Source of the DNA: Flavipsychrobacter sp.
GTDB taxonomy: Bacteria > Bacteroidota > Bacteroidia > Chitinophagales > Chitinophagaceae
Assembly: GCA_035299045.1 (NCBI GenBank)
Contig: DATGXJ010000031.1
Span: 17,410 to 81,409, forward strand
DNA length: 64,000 nt
Direction: 5' to 3'
The notes beneath the pieces were generated by a model. That model saw nothing but the letters and a program-made list of their open reading frames with translations. It searched no databases and had not been told where the DNA came from. Both the position numbers and the translations under genes were made by a program. How positions within the stretch are numbered: position 1 is the stretch's first letter; every line of letters starts with the position of its first letter. Shown one piece after another: positions 35,240-46,082 of this stretch.

Positions 35240-36064
35240 ATGTCTGCAGAGAAAAAACGTGTTTTAATTGTAGCTAACGAACTATCACCTTACATTGAGT
35301 TTACAGATTTTGCTCATATACTGAACAAACTGGCAGTAAAAACCTTCGATTCAGGCCTTGAGGTACGTGTTATCATGCCTCGTTTCGGCCTCATTAACGA
35401 ACGCCGCCACCGCCTGCACGAAGTAGTACGCCTTTCGGGCATCAACGTTATTATAGATAAAGACGATTATCCGTTGATAATCAAGGTTGCATCATTGCCA
35501 AACGCACGCCTGCAGGTGTACTTTATGGATAATGATGATTATTTCAAACGCAAGCACGTATTCCGTGACGACAACGATACTTTCTTTGACGACAATGCGG
35601 AACGTATGATATTCTTCTGCAAAAGCGCATTGGAAACCGTTAAGAAATTTGGCTGGCCTCCGCATGTTATCCACTGTCACGGCTGGATGACATCGCTGAT
35701 ACCTGCATACCTAAAAACAGCATATAAGAAAGAGCCTGTTTTCGGTTATTCCAAAGTTGTATATACTGCTCAGGACAATCAGTTTACAGAACAACTGCAC
35801 CCAAGCTTTGTGAAAAAAGCACTGGTAAGCGCAGATATTAAAGAAAAAGATCTGGATATATTCAAAGATGGTACCAACCTGGCACTGACGCTTGGTGGCA
35901 GCAAATATGCCGATGTAGTAGTACATGGTTCTGAAACACTTGACAGCGCAATATCTGACGAAGTGAAGCCGAGCCGTTACAAAAAAGTGGTGAAATATGA
36001 AGAAAGCTGGAAAGAGGATGTAAGCTCTCTGCTGGATTTGTATAAAAGCTTAACAGAGTCTTAG
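35240..36064 (+). CDS. Glycogen/starch synthase N-terminal-domain-only protein (Glyco_transf_5-like), KTGGL motif not conserved
   Basis: ORF trimmed to MSAEKKRVLIVANELSPY (ATG at 35240). VRVIMPRFG, VYFMDNDDYFKRK, DNAERMIFFCKSALETVKKFGWPPHVIHCHGWMTSLIPAYLK match the GlgA N-terminal domain. The protein is only 274 aa, and the position of the KTGGL motif reads IEFTDF. Confidence 0.75.
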   Translation: MSAEKKRVLIVANELSPYIEFTDFAHILNKLAVKTFDSGLEVRVIMPRFGLINERRHRLHEVVRLSGINVIIDKDDYPLIIKVASLPNARLQVYFMDNDDYFKRKHVFRDDNDTFFDDNAERMIFFCKSALETVKKFGWPPHVIHCHGWMTSLIPAYLKTAYKKEPVFGYSKVVYTAQDNQFTEQLHPSFVKKALVSADIKEKDLDIFKDGTNLALTLGGSKYADVVVHGSETLDSAISDEVKPSRYKKVVKYEESWKEDVSSLLDLYKSLTES

Positions 36065-36102
36065 TATTTCTTTTATCACTTTCGCTGAAAATAACTACCA
36101 AG

Positions 36103-37485
36103 TTGAAAAACAATTTATTGAATCTTGCAACTGCAGTATTGGTATCGGGCATGGCCATCAGTACTACAGGCTGCAAAGAGGATACTATATTGAAAGCAGG
36201 TATAGCACCTGCTTCAGATAATATTTTTTCGAATGCCATTGGCGATACTTTAACTATATACGCCACTACAGTATTTGACGACTCTACCGCTACAGGCTTT
36301 ACACCTACCAGCGGCATTATATACCACGGTTTAGGCACCAGCAACGATGCTTTCTTTGGCCGCAGTAACTTTGGTATATATATGCAGGTATTGCCTACTG
36401 CATCAAACCTGAGTTTACCATCTACGCCAGACTCTGCAGTGCTGATACTTCCATATTCAGGCTTCAGCTGGGGTGATACAAGTAACAAAACCGTTACAGA
36501 AGAGTTTGAAGTTTACAGACTTACAGAAGACATAAGTAAAGACACTGCTTATTATAGCAAGCAATACAAAAACGTAGACTGGGCTAACCCGCTAAGTGAG
36601 CCAAACAGCACCAACCTGTATAGCCTGAAAGATTCTGTTAAGGTAAATGGCAGTAATAAAGCGCCTCACATTCGCATAAAGCTAAAAGCTGCTTTTATGA
36701 ATGAATTGCTGACTATTGCCAAAAATGCCAATAACAATAGTGAGTTTGTATCTGCCATGAAAGGCATATACATTGTAGCAAAAGACACAAACAATAACAC
36801 TATAAAGACTATACCATATGTGTCTCTGACAGGTTCAAACGACTATTCAAGAGCCGGTATAGCATTTTACTACAAAGAAAACGGAGGTGTTTCTACAAAC
36901 TTCCTGAACTTCTCCAGTACAGATTGCGCTCACTTCAACCGTATTACCCGCAACTACAACGGATATCCTGCTTATCCATTTATTACAAAAACTACCGGCC
37001 AACAATCAGATTCAATAATATTATTACAGAATGAACCTGGTGCAGCTTTTGATATCAGAATTCCTTACCTGAAAAATTTACCAAAAGCTATCATTAATAA
37101 AGCTCAGCTTGTAATTACAAAAGTAAGTTTAGCAAGCGACCCTGATGCTGATAAAATGACCGAACCAACCAGAATGTTCCCTGTAGGTATTGATAAAACA
37201 GGCAAAGCTTATTCAATTCTTGATAGAGAACCATCTGATGACACCGGACCAATCGACTTTATTGATGGCGTTAAACGAACGGTCACCATCAATGGCTTAA
37301 CAGTAACGCAGTGGTATATTAACATACCTAGAGAAGTTCAAAAAACTATTATTAATAATTCGGATGAATTACATTTACGTATTAACGGCACTATTACTTA
37401 CCCCGGGGCATACAGGCTTATAGCAGGTGGTAAACATAGCGCTTATAAAATACGTTTGAACATAACTTATTCTCAAGTCAACTAA
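36103..37485 (+). CDS. Hypothetical lipoprotein (DUF4270-like by position between glgA-like and glmS)
   Basis: TTG start, so the start is uncertain. Lipobox in AVLVSGMAISTTGC. The family name rests on my recollection of conserved Bacteroidota synteny, not on motif evidence. Confidence 0.55.
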   Translation: MKNNLLNLATAVLVSGMAISTTGCKEDTILKAGIAPASDNIFSNAIGDTLTIYATTVFDDSTATGFTPTSGIIYHGLGTSNDAFFGRSNFGIYMQVLPTASNLSLPSTPDSAVLILPYSGFSWGDTSNKTVTEEFEVYRLTEDISKDTAYYSKQYKNVDWANPLSEPNSTNLYSLKDSVKVNGSNKAPHIRIKLKAAFMNELLTIAKNANNNSEFVSAMKGIYIVAKDTNNNTIKTIPYVSLTGSNDYSRAGIAFYYKENGGVSTNFLNFSSTDCAHFNRITRNYNGYPAYPFITKTTGQQSDSIILLQNEPGAAFDIRIPYLKNLPKAIINKAQLVITKVSLASDPDADKMTEPTRMFPVGIDKTGKAYSILDREPSDDTGPIDFIDGVKRTVTINGLTVTQWYINIPREVQKTIINNSDELHLRINGTITYPGAYRLIAGGKHSAYKIRLNITYSQVN

Positions 37486-37499
37486 AACATTGTACTACT

Positions 37500-39338
37500 A
37501 TGTGTGGTATTGTTGGATATATAGGCACTAAAGAAGCATTCCCTATTTTATTAAAAGGGCTGAAACGCCTTGAGTACAGGGGCTATGATAGTGCAGGCAT
37601 TGCATTGCTGAACGGAGACCTGACTGTTTATAAAAAAGCCGGTAAGGTTAGCGAACTGGAAAAAGTAACAGACGGTCAAAAACTGAATGCTACCATAGGT
37701 ATTGGCCACACACGTTGGGCTACACATGGCGAACCAAATGATCGTAATGCTCACCCACACCTGTCTCAGTCCGGCAATCTTGCTATCATCCACAATGGCA
37801 TTATAGAAAACTATGCCGCTATCAAAGAAGAGCTACAAAAACGTGGTTATACTTTCAATTCTGATACAGATACAGAAGTACTGGTGAATCTGGTAGAAGA
37901 AGTATGGAAGCAAGACAAAAGCACACTGGAAGATGCAGTACGCGTGGCACTGAACGAAGTAGTTGGTGCATACGCTATTGTTGTGATAGATAAAAACAAC
38001 CCCAACCAACTGATAGCTGCCCGCAAGGGAAGCCCTTTGGTAATAGGTGTTGGCGATGATGAATTCTTCATAGCCTCAGATGCCTCACCTATCATTGAAT
38101 ACACTAAAAATGTGGTGTATCTGGACGATCAGGAATATGGTGTTGTAAATCGTGATGGCAGCTTCACTATAAAAACGCTGGGCAACATCAAGAAATCTCC
38201 GGCCATAAAAACGCTGGAAATGAGTCTTGAAGCAATAGAAAAAGGTGGGTTTGACCACTTCATGCTGAAGGAAATATACGAACAACCTAAAGCAATAGCA
38301 GACAGCCTGCGCGGACGCATGAATGCGCAGCAAGGCTGGATAAAACTAGGTGGCCTTAGTGAATACATCAACCGTATAGACAATGCCAAGCGCTTCCTCA
38401 TTACTGCATGTGGCACATCATGGCACAGTGGTCTTATTGGCGAATACCTGATAGAAGACCTGGCACGTGTACCAGTAGAGGTAGAATACGCATCGGAGTT
38501 TCGCTACCGCAATCCGGTGATTAACGAAAGTGATGTTGTTATTGCCATCTCACAATCGGGTGAAACGGCTGATACATTAGCAGCAATAGAACTTGCAAAA
38601 GAAAGGCAAGCGCTGATATATGGCATATGTAATGTGATTGGTTCTTCTATAGCACGCACATCACATGCAGGTTCTTACACACACGCAGGCCCCGAAATAG
38701 GTGTAGCATCGACAAAAGCATTCTCAACACAGATATGTATGCTAACGCTGATTGCACTGCAAATAGCACAGCAAAAAGGCACCGTATCTACTTCTAAACT
38801 GCGCGAGATACTCTACGAACTGGAAAATATTCCTAAGAAGATAGAAGAAACGCTGAAACTGGATGCACAGATAAAAGAACTGGCTGCTATCTATAAAGAT
38901 GCTACCAACTTCCTGTATCTGGGACGTGGCTACAATTTCCCTGTAGCGCTAGAAGGTGCACTGAAGCTGAAAGAAATATCTTACATACACGCAGAGGGCT
39001 ACCCTGCTGCCGAAATGAAACACGGGCCTATCGCACTGATAGACGAAGAAATGCCTGTTGTTTTCCTTGCTACCAACCACAGTGCGTACGAGAAGATAGT
39101 ATCGAACGTACAAGAGGTGAAAGCACGCAAGGGTAAAATCATTGCCGTTGTAAACAAAGGCGATACGCAGATACGCGCACTTGCAGACCATATTATAGAA
39201 GTACCTGAAACGGAAGAAATACTTTCACCGCTGGTAACTATAGTACCACTGCAATTGCTGGCATATCATATTGCCATCCTTCGCGGTTGCAATGTTGACC
39301 AGCCACGTAACCTTGCAAAATCTGTAACGGTTGAGTAA
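37500..39338 (+). CDS. glmS: Glutamine--fructose-6-phosphate aminotransferase (isomerizing)
   Basis: MCGIVGYIG N-terminal nucleophile, two SIS domains (SQSGETADT) and C-terminal NLAKSVTVE. 612 aa. Confidence 0.95.
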   Translation: MCGIVGYIGTKEAFPILLKGLKRLEYRGYDSAGIALLNGDLTVYKKAGKVSELEKVTDGQKLNATIGIGHTRWATHGEPNDRNAHPHLSQSGNLAIIHNGIIENYAAIKEELQKRGYTFNSDTDTEVLVNLVEEVWKQDKSTLEDAVRVALNEVVGAYAIVVIDKNNPNQLIAARKGSPLVIGVGDDEFFIASDASPIIEYTKNVVYLDDQEYGVVNRDGSFTIKTLGNIKKSPAIKTLEMSLEAIEKGGFDHFMLKEIYEQPKAIADSLRGRMNAQQGWIKLGGLSEYINRIDNAKRFLITACGTSWHSGLIGEYLIEDLARVPVEVEYASEFRYRNPVINESDVVIAISQSGETADTLAAIELAKERQALIYGICNVIGSSIARTSHAGSYTHAGPEIGVASTKAFSTQICMLTLIALQIAQQKGTVSTSKLREILYELENIPKKIEETLKLDAQIKELAAIYKDATNFLYLGRGYNFPVALEGALKLKEISYIHAEGYPAAEMKHGPIALIDEEMPVVFLATNHSAYEKIVSNVQEVKARKGKIIAVVNKGDTQIRALADHIIEVPETEEILSPLVTIVPLQLLAYHIAILRGCNVDQPRNLAKSVTVE

Positions 39339-39400
39339 TAAAAGCATGCAAATGCCTATATTGCGAACCATTAAATAATTATTAGTAAACACAGTATAAA

Positions 39401-40654
39401 ATGCCTTATTTATTCACTTCAGAGTCTGTATCAGAAGGACATCCGGATAAAGTAGCGGATCAGATATCAGACGCATTAGTAGACAACTTTCTTGCATGGG
39501 ATCCGAATTCTAAAATTGCCTGCGAAACACTGGTAACAACAGGACAGGTAATATTGGCGGGCGAAGTGAAATGTAATACATATATAGATGCTCAGAGCAT
39601 AGCTCGCGACGTGATAACTAAAATAGGCTACACGAAGAGCGAATATATGTTTGAGGCTAACTCTTGCGGTGTACTTTCTGCCATCCACGAGCAGTCACCG
39701 GACATCAACCAAGGTGTAGACAAGAAGAAAAAAGAAGATCAAGGTGCTGGCGACCAGGGTATGATGTTTGGCTACGCTACAAACGAAACAGCCAACTATA
39801 TGCCACTAGCATTGGATATGGCTCACGCACTGCTTCGCGAACTGTCTGCCATCCGCCGCGAAGGCAAACAAATGAAATACCTGCGTCCTGATGCTAAAAG
39901 CCAGGTAACGCTTGAGTATAGCGATGATAACAAACCTGTACGCATCGATACTATCGTTATCTCTACACAGCACGATGACTTTGCTGAAGAGAAGAAAATG
40001 CAGGAAACCATTAAGAAAGATGTACTGAACATTCTGATACCTCGTGTTATGAAGATGTATCCTCAGTACAAATCGTTGTTCAACAATAAAATCAACTACC
40101 ACATCAACCCTACTGGTAAGTTTGTGATAGGTGGTCCACATGGTGATACAGGCCTGACAGGCCGTAAAATAATCGTAGATACATACGGTGGTAAAGGTGC
40201 ACACGGTGGTGGTGCTTTCAGTGGTAAAGACCCTAGTAAGGTTGACCGTTCTGCCGCATACGCTACACGTCACATTGCTAAAAATCTGGTAGCTGCAGGT
40301 GTATGCGACGAAGTTTTGGTACAAGTTTCTTACGCTATCGGTGTTGCAAAACCAATGGGTATCTATGTAAACACATATGGTACGGCGAAAGTAAAAATGA
40401 CTGATGGCCAGATAGCTAAACTGGTAGAGGAAGTATTTGATATGCGTCCTTACTACATAGAGCAGCGCCTGAAACTGCGCCAGCCTATGTATAGCGAATG
40501 TGCTGCATATGGCCACATGGGCCGTGAGTCTCAGACAGTAACTAAAACATTCAAATCTGCAGATGGCAAAACGAAGAATGTAAAAGTAGAACTCTTTACA
40601 TGGGAGAAACTGGACTACATTGCTAAGGTTAAGAAAGCCTTCAAGCTGAAATAG
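39401..40654 (+). CDS. metK: S-adenosylmethionine synthase
   Basis: [52 protein letters not shown]. Confidence 0.95.
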   Translation: MPYLFTSESVSEGHPDKVADQISDALVDNFLAWDPNSKIACETLVTTGQVILAGEVKCNTYIDAQSIARDVITKIGYTKSEYMFEANSCGVLSAIHEQSPDINQGVDKKKKEDQGAGDQGMMFGYATNETANYMPLALDMAHALLRELSAIRREGKQMKYLRPDAKSQVTLEYSDDNKPVRIDTIVISTQHDDFAEEKKMQETIKKDVLNILIPRVMKMYPQYKSLFNNKINYHINPTGKFVIGGPHGDTGLTGRKIIVDTYGGKGAHGGGAFSGKDPSKVDRSAAYATRHIAKNLVAAGVCDEVLVQVSYAIGVAKPMGIYVNTYGTAKVKMTDGQIAKLVEEVFDMRPYYIEQRLKLRQPMYSECAAYGHMGRESQTVTKTFKSADGKTKNVKVELFTWEKLDYIAKVKKAFKLK

Positions 40655-40676
40655 GTTTACCTAATTAAATAAATTA

Positions 40677-40708
40677 AAATCCCGTCAGTTAGCTGACGGG
40701 ATTTTTTT
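40677..40708 (+). terminator. Rho-independent terminator after metK
   Basis: AAAATCCCGTCAG-TTAG-CTGACGGGATTTT hairpin followed by TTTT. Confidence 0.7.
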
Positions 40709-40830
40709 GTGTTACCAGATTAAAAAACAATGTATTATATATAATCATATAAAATACCAGTAAAAACACCAGTTTTTATAGAAAAAAAACACATACATTC
40801 ATGTTATTGTTAACCATAAATTTTAATAAC

Positions 40831-42363
40831 ATGAAAAAAACATTATTATTGGCGTGCCTATCTGCAGCATTTAGTGCGTATGCACAACCTTTTACCCCAA
40901 ACACAGGCAGTTGTGGTCTAGCCTATGGCAGAGTATGTATGGGTACTGCAACTGGATTTTCTTACAGTGATGTAAATTCTTGGGACCCATACTATTTAGG
41001 AACTGCAATACCTGAAACCAGAGATGTTCATGGCGGTTTGACAAATACCTCTAATTATCACTATACTATTGGTGAATTCACAAATGGATCACAAAGAGAT
41101 ATTTTTTATTTTAAGAAAAACAGATTGGATGGGGATATTGTTGATTTCCTTGCAATAGATGCAAATGTCGATATCAATAATGGCACCCAAGAGAATGATA
41201 TACCTAGAAGGATGACAATTGATGAAACAAACCATCTTATGTATGTTGTCGGAGAGTTTGTAACATCAGGAACATCTACACCATTTTTGCTTTGCTATGA
41301 TATATCTGGGCCAGCTTCAAAAATGTGGGCAGTTGCTCTACCTGGAGGAGATCACGGATTGGATGTAACTTTAGACAACAATTTAGATATATATGTATTA
41401 TCTCAGCCTGCAACGGGGGGTACTTTTGACATATATAAATATGATAATACCGGAAGCATTCTTGGCAGTTTTAATAATTCATCATTTTCAGGGTCAACAT
41501 CCCCTTACCCATATAGATTAGCACATGATAATACAACAGACGATATTTATGTTGTAGGCACTGATGGAGGAAATGCTTTTATTGGAGGTATAAACACATC
41601 ATTATCAGCGATAGATTACAGAACAACATCTAGTGCAGGTGGATATTATGATGCTGATATTGATGTCAGTAATGGTGAATTAGTAGCTGTAGGAACAATT
41701 CCTGTAGGATTTGGGATGGCTAGTGGTACATGGGCATCATGGGATGTATCTACTACACCGTATACACTTAGCTATAACGGCGTAGGCACAAGTACCGATG
41801 AGGCCATAATTGATGTACAAGTAACACCTGCTGGTCAATACATCGTAATAGCGATTGATGCAACAAGTGGCTCTCCTGAACGTTATTTGACATATGTAGA
41901 CAAAGCTGCCAATGGCGGCTTAGGAGATGTCCACTATGGCACAAACTCATATCACTTTGTGAATAATCCTAGCGGAATATTAGCCACTTGTATGCATAGA
42001 GATAGTGATGGTTATATTGTTGTTGGTGGATTTGATGGAGGAAATGTTTTGGCATGGACTGCTAAGTTCAATAATCCCGGAGTTATGTCATGGTCGGGTT
42101 ACCAAAACAAATCTACAAGTACTCAAAGTATCCAGAAAGAAAAAGTAACAACATCTCCTAACCCTGTAAAAGCAGAACTGACAGTATCAGGCAATAGCGC
42201 AAAACAGTATAGAATCAGTAACACTCTTGGACAAATAATATTACAAGGAGAAATAAATAATAACAAGATCAATGTATCTCAGCTTTCTTCGGGCAATTAC
42301 TTCATTCAGGTTATATCAAATACGCATCAGCAAATTGCTATCAGCAAGTTTGTTAAAGAATAA
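40831..42363 (+). CDS. Secreted beta-propeller-like (SBBP-repeat-like) protein with type-A T9SS C-terminal sorting domain
   Basis: ORF trimmed to MKKTLLLACLSAAFSAYAQ (ATG at 40831). Recurrent D.YVVG/YVVGEF-type repeats. CTD: TTSPNPVKAELTVSGNSAKQYRISNTLGQIILQGEINNNKINVSQLSSGNYFIQVISN. Visibly AT-rich. Confidence 0.7.
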   Translation: MKKTLLLACLSAAFSAYAQPFTPNTGSCGLAYGRVCMGTATGFSYSDVNSWDPYYLGTAIPETRDVHGGLTNTSNYHYTIGEFTNGSQRDIFYFKKNRLDGDIVDFLAIDANVDINNGTQENDIPRRMTIDETNHLMYVVGEFVTSGTSTPFLLCYDISGPASKMWAVALPGGDHGLDVTLDNNLDIYVLSQPATGGTFDIYKYDNTGSILGSFNNSSFSGSTSPYPYRLAHDNTTDDIYVVGTDGGNAFIGGINTSLSAIDYRTTSSAGGYYDADIDVSNGELVAVGTIPVGFGMASGTWASWDVSTTPYTLSYNGVGTSTDEAIIDVQVTPAGQYIVIAIDATSGSPERYLTYVDKAANGGLGDVHYGTNSYHFVNNPSGILATCMHRDSDGYIVVGGFDGGNVLAWTAKFNNPGVMSWSGYQNKSTSTQSIQKEKVTTSPNPVKAELTVSGNSAKQYRISNTLGQIILQGEINNNKINVSQLSSGNYFIQVISNTHQQIAISKFVKE

Positions 42364-42394
42364 AATGGATGATTATAAATCTGTATTGCATAAT

Positions 42395-42431
42395 AAAAGA
42401 AAGCAGGAACTGTTTGTTCCTGCTTTCTTTT
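42395..42431. terminator. Bidirectional terminator between convergent T9SS cargo genes
   Basis: 16-bp stem AAAAGAAAGCAGGAAC-TGTTT-GTTCCTGCTTTCTTTT, with A/T tracts on both sides. Confidence 0.65.
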
Positions 42432-42450
42432 ATTTAAACTATAACCTTAA

Positions 42451-43917
42451 TTATTCTTTGTTAAGCTTAATAACCTGACTATGTTTTTCGTCTGTGTACT
42501 TGATTATGTACACACCAGCAGGTATGTTAGCTATATTTAAGTCTACATTAAGACCATACATACGTTCTGAAAGGATTACGCGACCTGAAAGATCTACAAT
42601 CTCTACATTAGCTACACCTTGTTTCTGACCTTTAGTTATATACAGGCTAACCTTATCTTTTGCAGGATTAGGGAATGCTTTGATACCAAATTCAGCAACC
42701 TCGCCAACACTTTCAATACCTGTACCAGGCTGTGTCAGGAATGAATCTATACCCCATTCTGAATAAGGTGTTGGAGAACAACGTGCACGCAAGAGGAAGT
42801 AAACTTCTCTACCAGGAGGCAAACCTTGCAATAGCAAACTGGTTTGTGTTGTAATAGTACCAGATGGCGGTATTGCCGTATCGGTGCTCATAGCATATTC
42901 ATAGTCAATAACACTTGGAACAGGATTCCAACTAGCAATAGCCGTTGTGCTTGTAACGTTTGTAATAGTAACATCTGGTGTATAGCAACATGGCGGTGTT
43001 GTGAAAGAATCTAACCTCCAAGGCGAATATTCCCAATTCCATTGTTCTTTACCAACTGTATCACATATACTACGTACCCAATAATAGTATTTGGTATCAC
43101 AATCTATCCTTGTAATGTTTGTATCTGGCAATGGTACTTTAGTATCTGTTGTCAGATAATAGCCATAAGATGTTGGTGGAACGTTAGAAGTGCTTATCCA
43201 GTATTCATATAATACAGCAATCAGTCTCTTATCCCAATTGATAGTAGCTGATTTGTATGTCATATTTGATGGCATTTTAGCAGCAGGAGGCGTACATGGG
43301 TTTATAACCTGCAAATCGTAGTCCTCTACTTCGCCCCACAAAAAGCTGGAAGCAGCACAAGGATCATAAGATGTAGGTGGCGATGTAGGAACAGCACCAT
43401 TACGAGTTCCGGCACGAACACGCATACGAGACATACCATTTTTAGCTGACAGCGGAATTGGCATACTAAATGAACCTGAATATGCAAATGTAGGTGGCGA
43501 TACCCACATAACCTCGCCAATCGGATTAGTTGTAGCGTTGTAAAGAGTATTATTAAATACTCCATCACGGTTCCAATCAACCCACACTACAACTTTGTAG
43601 GGATAGCTGGACTGGTTGTGCTGGAAGACATCAACAGTACAAGTGACTGTAGTGCCAGCATTAACAACCCCACCGGTTGTATAATACGTATAGCCTGTAG
43701 AAGAGTTACAAGTATTGTTAGGGTTATTAATGTTTGTAACTGCTCCTGTTGTTCTCACATTATTGATACGAGCTGCATAACCAGTAGACCCTATCATACA
43801 GCTACCAAGCACACCGGCTGTTGGCGTACAGTATTGCGCCATTGAGGCACCTGCTGTGAAAAGCAGGCATGCCGTAGCAAACATTTTTTTGAAATTCGGG
43901 TACAGTTTAATATTCAT
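42451..43917 (-). CDS. GEVED-domain + FN3-like modules + type-A T9SS CTD cell-surface protein
   Basis: Signal peptide ...LLFTAGASMAQ (the start may be the internal MFATACLL). The head domain starts QYCTP and ends WGEVEDYDLQV (GEVED signature). Cys-bracketed FN3-like modules follow (W.....YEY......Y..VR..C....S.W). CTD: IKAFPNPAKDKVSLYI...IPAGVYIIKYTDEKHSQVIKLNKE. Confidence 0.75.
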   Translation of the reverse strand: MNIKLYPNFKKMFATACLLFTAGASMAQYCTPTAGVLGSCMIGSTGYAARINNVRTTGAVTNINNPNNTCNSSTGYTYYTTGGVVNAGTTVTCTVDVFQHNQSSYPYKVVVWVDWNRDGVFNNTLYNATTNPIGEVMWVSPPTFAYSGSFSMPIPLSAKNGMSRMRVRAGTRNGAVPTSPPTSYDPCAASSFLWGEVEDYDLQVINPCTPPAAKMPSNMTYKSATINWDKRLIAVLYEYWISTSNVPPTSYGYYLTTDTKVPLPDTNITRIDCDTKYYYWVRSICDTVGKEQWNWEYSPWRLDSFTTPPCCYTPDVTITNVTSTTAIASWNPVPSVIDYEYAMSTDTAIPPSGTITTQTSLLLQGLPPGREVYFLLRARCSPTPYSEWGIDSFLTQPGTGIESVGEVAEFGIKAFPNPAKDKVSLYITKGQKQGVANVEIVDLSGRVILSERMYGLNVDLNIANIPAGVYIIKYTDEKHSQVIKLNKE

Positions 43918-44125
43918 GTTATCTGCGTTTGCGGATTTTTAATGGATGTTTAGCTAATAAACACCAATAGCAATAATAATAATAAAATATCAATTTTCAA
44001 AGCCTCTATTAAGTGCAAAAAACACACTTAAAACCAGAACTTAATAATTAAGACATTATCAGCACGTTAATCGTTTGTATCTGCCTTCAAAAAACAGCAA
44101 TATTAATCGGTTTTTAATCCTGCAA

Positions 44126-44152
44126 TTAAAAAAGCCGGCTTGTGCCGGCTTT
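44126..44152 (-). terminator. Rho-independent terminator for 44178..45854
   Basis: The minus strand reads AAAGCCGGC-ACAA-GCCGGCTTT followed by TTTTAATT. Confidence 0.6.
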
Positions 44153-44177
44153 ACAAGATTTCTATATAGAATGCTAT

Positions 44178-45854
44178 TTATTGCTTTGTAAACTTGATGT
44201 TTTGCGTTTGCTCATTGTCTGTGTATTGCAATATATACACACCAGGGCTGTAGCTGCTTACATCAATTTGCCCTTCTGTACCTTGCAGCATAAAAGTATT
44301 AAGCGTTTGCCCTTTCAGGTTCAGTATAGTTAGTCGTGTATCCCTGAATTTTGCGCCTGCTTTTATACTCAGCACATCTGTTACAGGATTAGGATATAAC
44401 TTAATTGTAGTTTCACCCTCTGCATTAACTACACTTGTAGCAAATTGCGATGTATAGTCTATAGAAGCCCATCCTGAAGCCTGCTTAATACCGTTATCTA
44501 TACACATACAACGCACGTGTGCAGAATAGTTAGTTCCCGGCAATAAATATGGAGTCTGTATTGATGGAACTTTTACAGGGGTACCATTTGGTGGCAATGT
44601 AGCGGCAGAGCCAAAATAGTACTCGTACTGATATGCTGTCTTTACAGGCGCCCAAGATACAATAGAGTTGTTTGAAGTAAGGTGTGTAAGAGCAAGTGTA
44701 GGCTTACGGCATGGTGTAGGTGTGTAGAAAGAATCCAAAGACCATACTGAGCTATCGTTCATAACGCATCTTGCACGAATATGTACATAATGCCACCTAC
44801 CTTCTTCCAACCCTGTTAATGCCTGGAAATTGCCTGTACTTGAAACGTTTTTAATATTCGGATTAGTAGATAATGGCGCGTTTCTGAATGTATCTACCAG
44901 ATATTGGTAGCCTGTTACATTAGGCTCTTGCAGCCACTGAATGTTGCCGGAATTACTATCTACGTTGCTGGCAATAAAGCCACTTGGTTTGTTGCAAGGT
45001 GGCAATGTGGTAAAAGCAATAGTATCCCATAAAGAGTAGCTGATTGCACTGCAATAATTGCGCACGCGTAAATAGTGTGTTTTACCTGGTATCAGGCCCG
45101 TAACATAAGCGCTTGTGGCAGTTGTAATAACAGGAGCTTTCAGCACTTTACCTGGTGTAGTAGTATCAATAACATACTCGTATTGAAAAGAACCTGTAAC
45201 AGGTGTCCAATTGACCTGAGCAGCCATAGAGCTAACTGTTGTAGCTGCCGTTGCAGTAGTACGTGTACAAGGAGAACCTGGTATAATATCCAGCGCCAAT
45301 TCTGCACTACCGGTACCACCACCATTACTTGTAGTGCTGGTAGATAAACCCCACATACGTCTGTTGCCGCCAGCACTACCCTGTTGTAATGTTATACCAC
45401 CAGAATAAGAGTTATTGCGATAAATATCTATAATAAGATTAGATGTTCCATCCCAAAAAAATGGAGAAGACAGGGTAAAAGAAAACCAGTTGCCGGATAC
45501 ATGCGTAACAGTAGCTGTAGATGCGGAATAACAGGTGGTAAGTCCAGTTATCCAAGGATTGATGCCTGTAGGCATTGCTGTTAATGTCGTAGTACCTATT
45601 AATATGTTCAGATTTGTAAAAGTAGAAGTACCTGTACTGGCGGCTTTGAAGTAAATCGTGGTAATTGTACCCATTGGCACAGTTGGTACAAAGTCTGCAG
45701 GCATATACAAATATTGCACCTTATCTGCAATGGTGCTGCCAAATGGGAACACGTTATTTGCACCACTTGCAGATCTAACGTAAGTTTGAGCAAATGAAGA
45801 GTATCCGAAAAATACTAACACACTCAAGAATACTTTTGATAGAAATTTATTCAT
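44178..45854 (-). CDS. T9SS cargo: distinct N-terminal head + three FN3-like modules + type-A CTD (paralogue of 46083..47882)
   Basis: Signal peptide MNKFLSKVFLSVLVFFGYSSFAQ and a ~190-aa head. Three modules follow (e.g. CNKPSGFIASNVDSNSGNIQW...YQYLVD...WHYVHIRARC...SVWSLDSFYT). CTD: IKLYPNPVTDVLSIKAG...YSPGVYILQYTDNEQTQNIKFTKQ. Confidence 0.7.
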   Translation of the reverse strand: MNKFLSKVFLSVLVFFGYSSFAQTYVRSASGANNVFPFGSTIADKVQYLYMPADFVPTVPMGTITTIYFKAASTGTSTFTNLNILIGTTTLTAMPTGINPWITGLTTCYSASTATVTHVSGNWFSFTLSSPFFWDGTSNLIIDIYRNNSYSGGITLQQGSAGGNRRMWGLSTSTTSNGGGTGSAELALDIIPGSPCTRTTATAATTVSSMAAQVNWTPVTGSFQYEYVIDTTTPGKVLKAPVITTATSAYVTGLIPGKTHYLRVRNYCSAISYSLWDTIAFTTLPPCNKPSGFIASNVDSNSGNIQWLQEPNVTGYQYLVDTFRNAPLSTNPNIKNVSSTGNFQALTGLEEGRWHYVHIRARCVMNDSSVWSLDSFYTPTPCRKPTLALTHLTSNNSIVSWAPVKTAYQYEYYFGSAATLPPNGTPVKVPSIQTPYLLPGTNYSAHVRCMCIDNGIKQASGWASIDYTSQFATSVVNAEGETTIKLYPNPVTDVLSIKAGAKFRDTRLTILNLKGQTLNTFMLQGTEGQIDVSSYSPGVYILQYTDNEQTQNIKFTKQ

Positions 45855-46033
45855 CCCGATACTTTAAATTTGAAAATTGTTAAAATCACATTGTGTTCTT
45901 AAATTTAATATTAAGACAGCTAAAATGTACCGATGAGTATGTTAGTAATTTTAATTTTAATTTCATTTTAATACCACTTCCATACAACAGAAATCAACAA
46001 AATAATCCTAATGGAATGACTATCAATAAATTA

Positions 46034-46060
46034 GAAAAGCCACGGAGTCCGTGGCTTTTC
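46034..46060 (-). terminator. Rho-independent terminator for 46083..47882
   Basis: GCCACGG-(3-nt loop)-CCGTGGC hairpin flanked by AAAA/TTTT. Confidence 0.6.
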
Positions 46061-46082
46061 TAATTATATTATATAAACAATA

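Noticed and set aside
35862-36488. 208-aa minus-strand ORF spanning the glgA-like / lipoprotein junction
   Set aside because: It overlaps two well-supported plus-strand genes and their intergenic spacer, and has no features of its own.
39806-40516. 236-aa minus-strand ORF inside metK
   Set aside because: It is antisense to S-adenosylmethionine synthase. Long antisense ORFs are expected in strongly codon-biased genes.
39339-40654. SAM riboswitch upstream of metK
   Set aside because: Only 62 nt separate glmS and metK, which is too short for an S-box or SAM-II element. No conserved riboswitch helices were seen.
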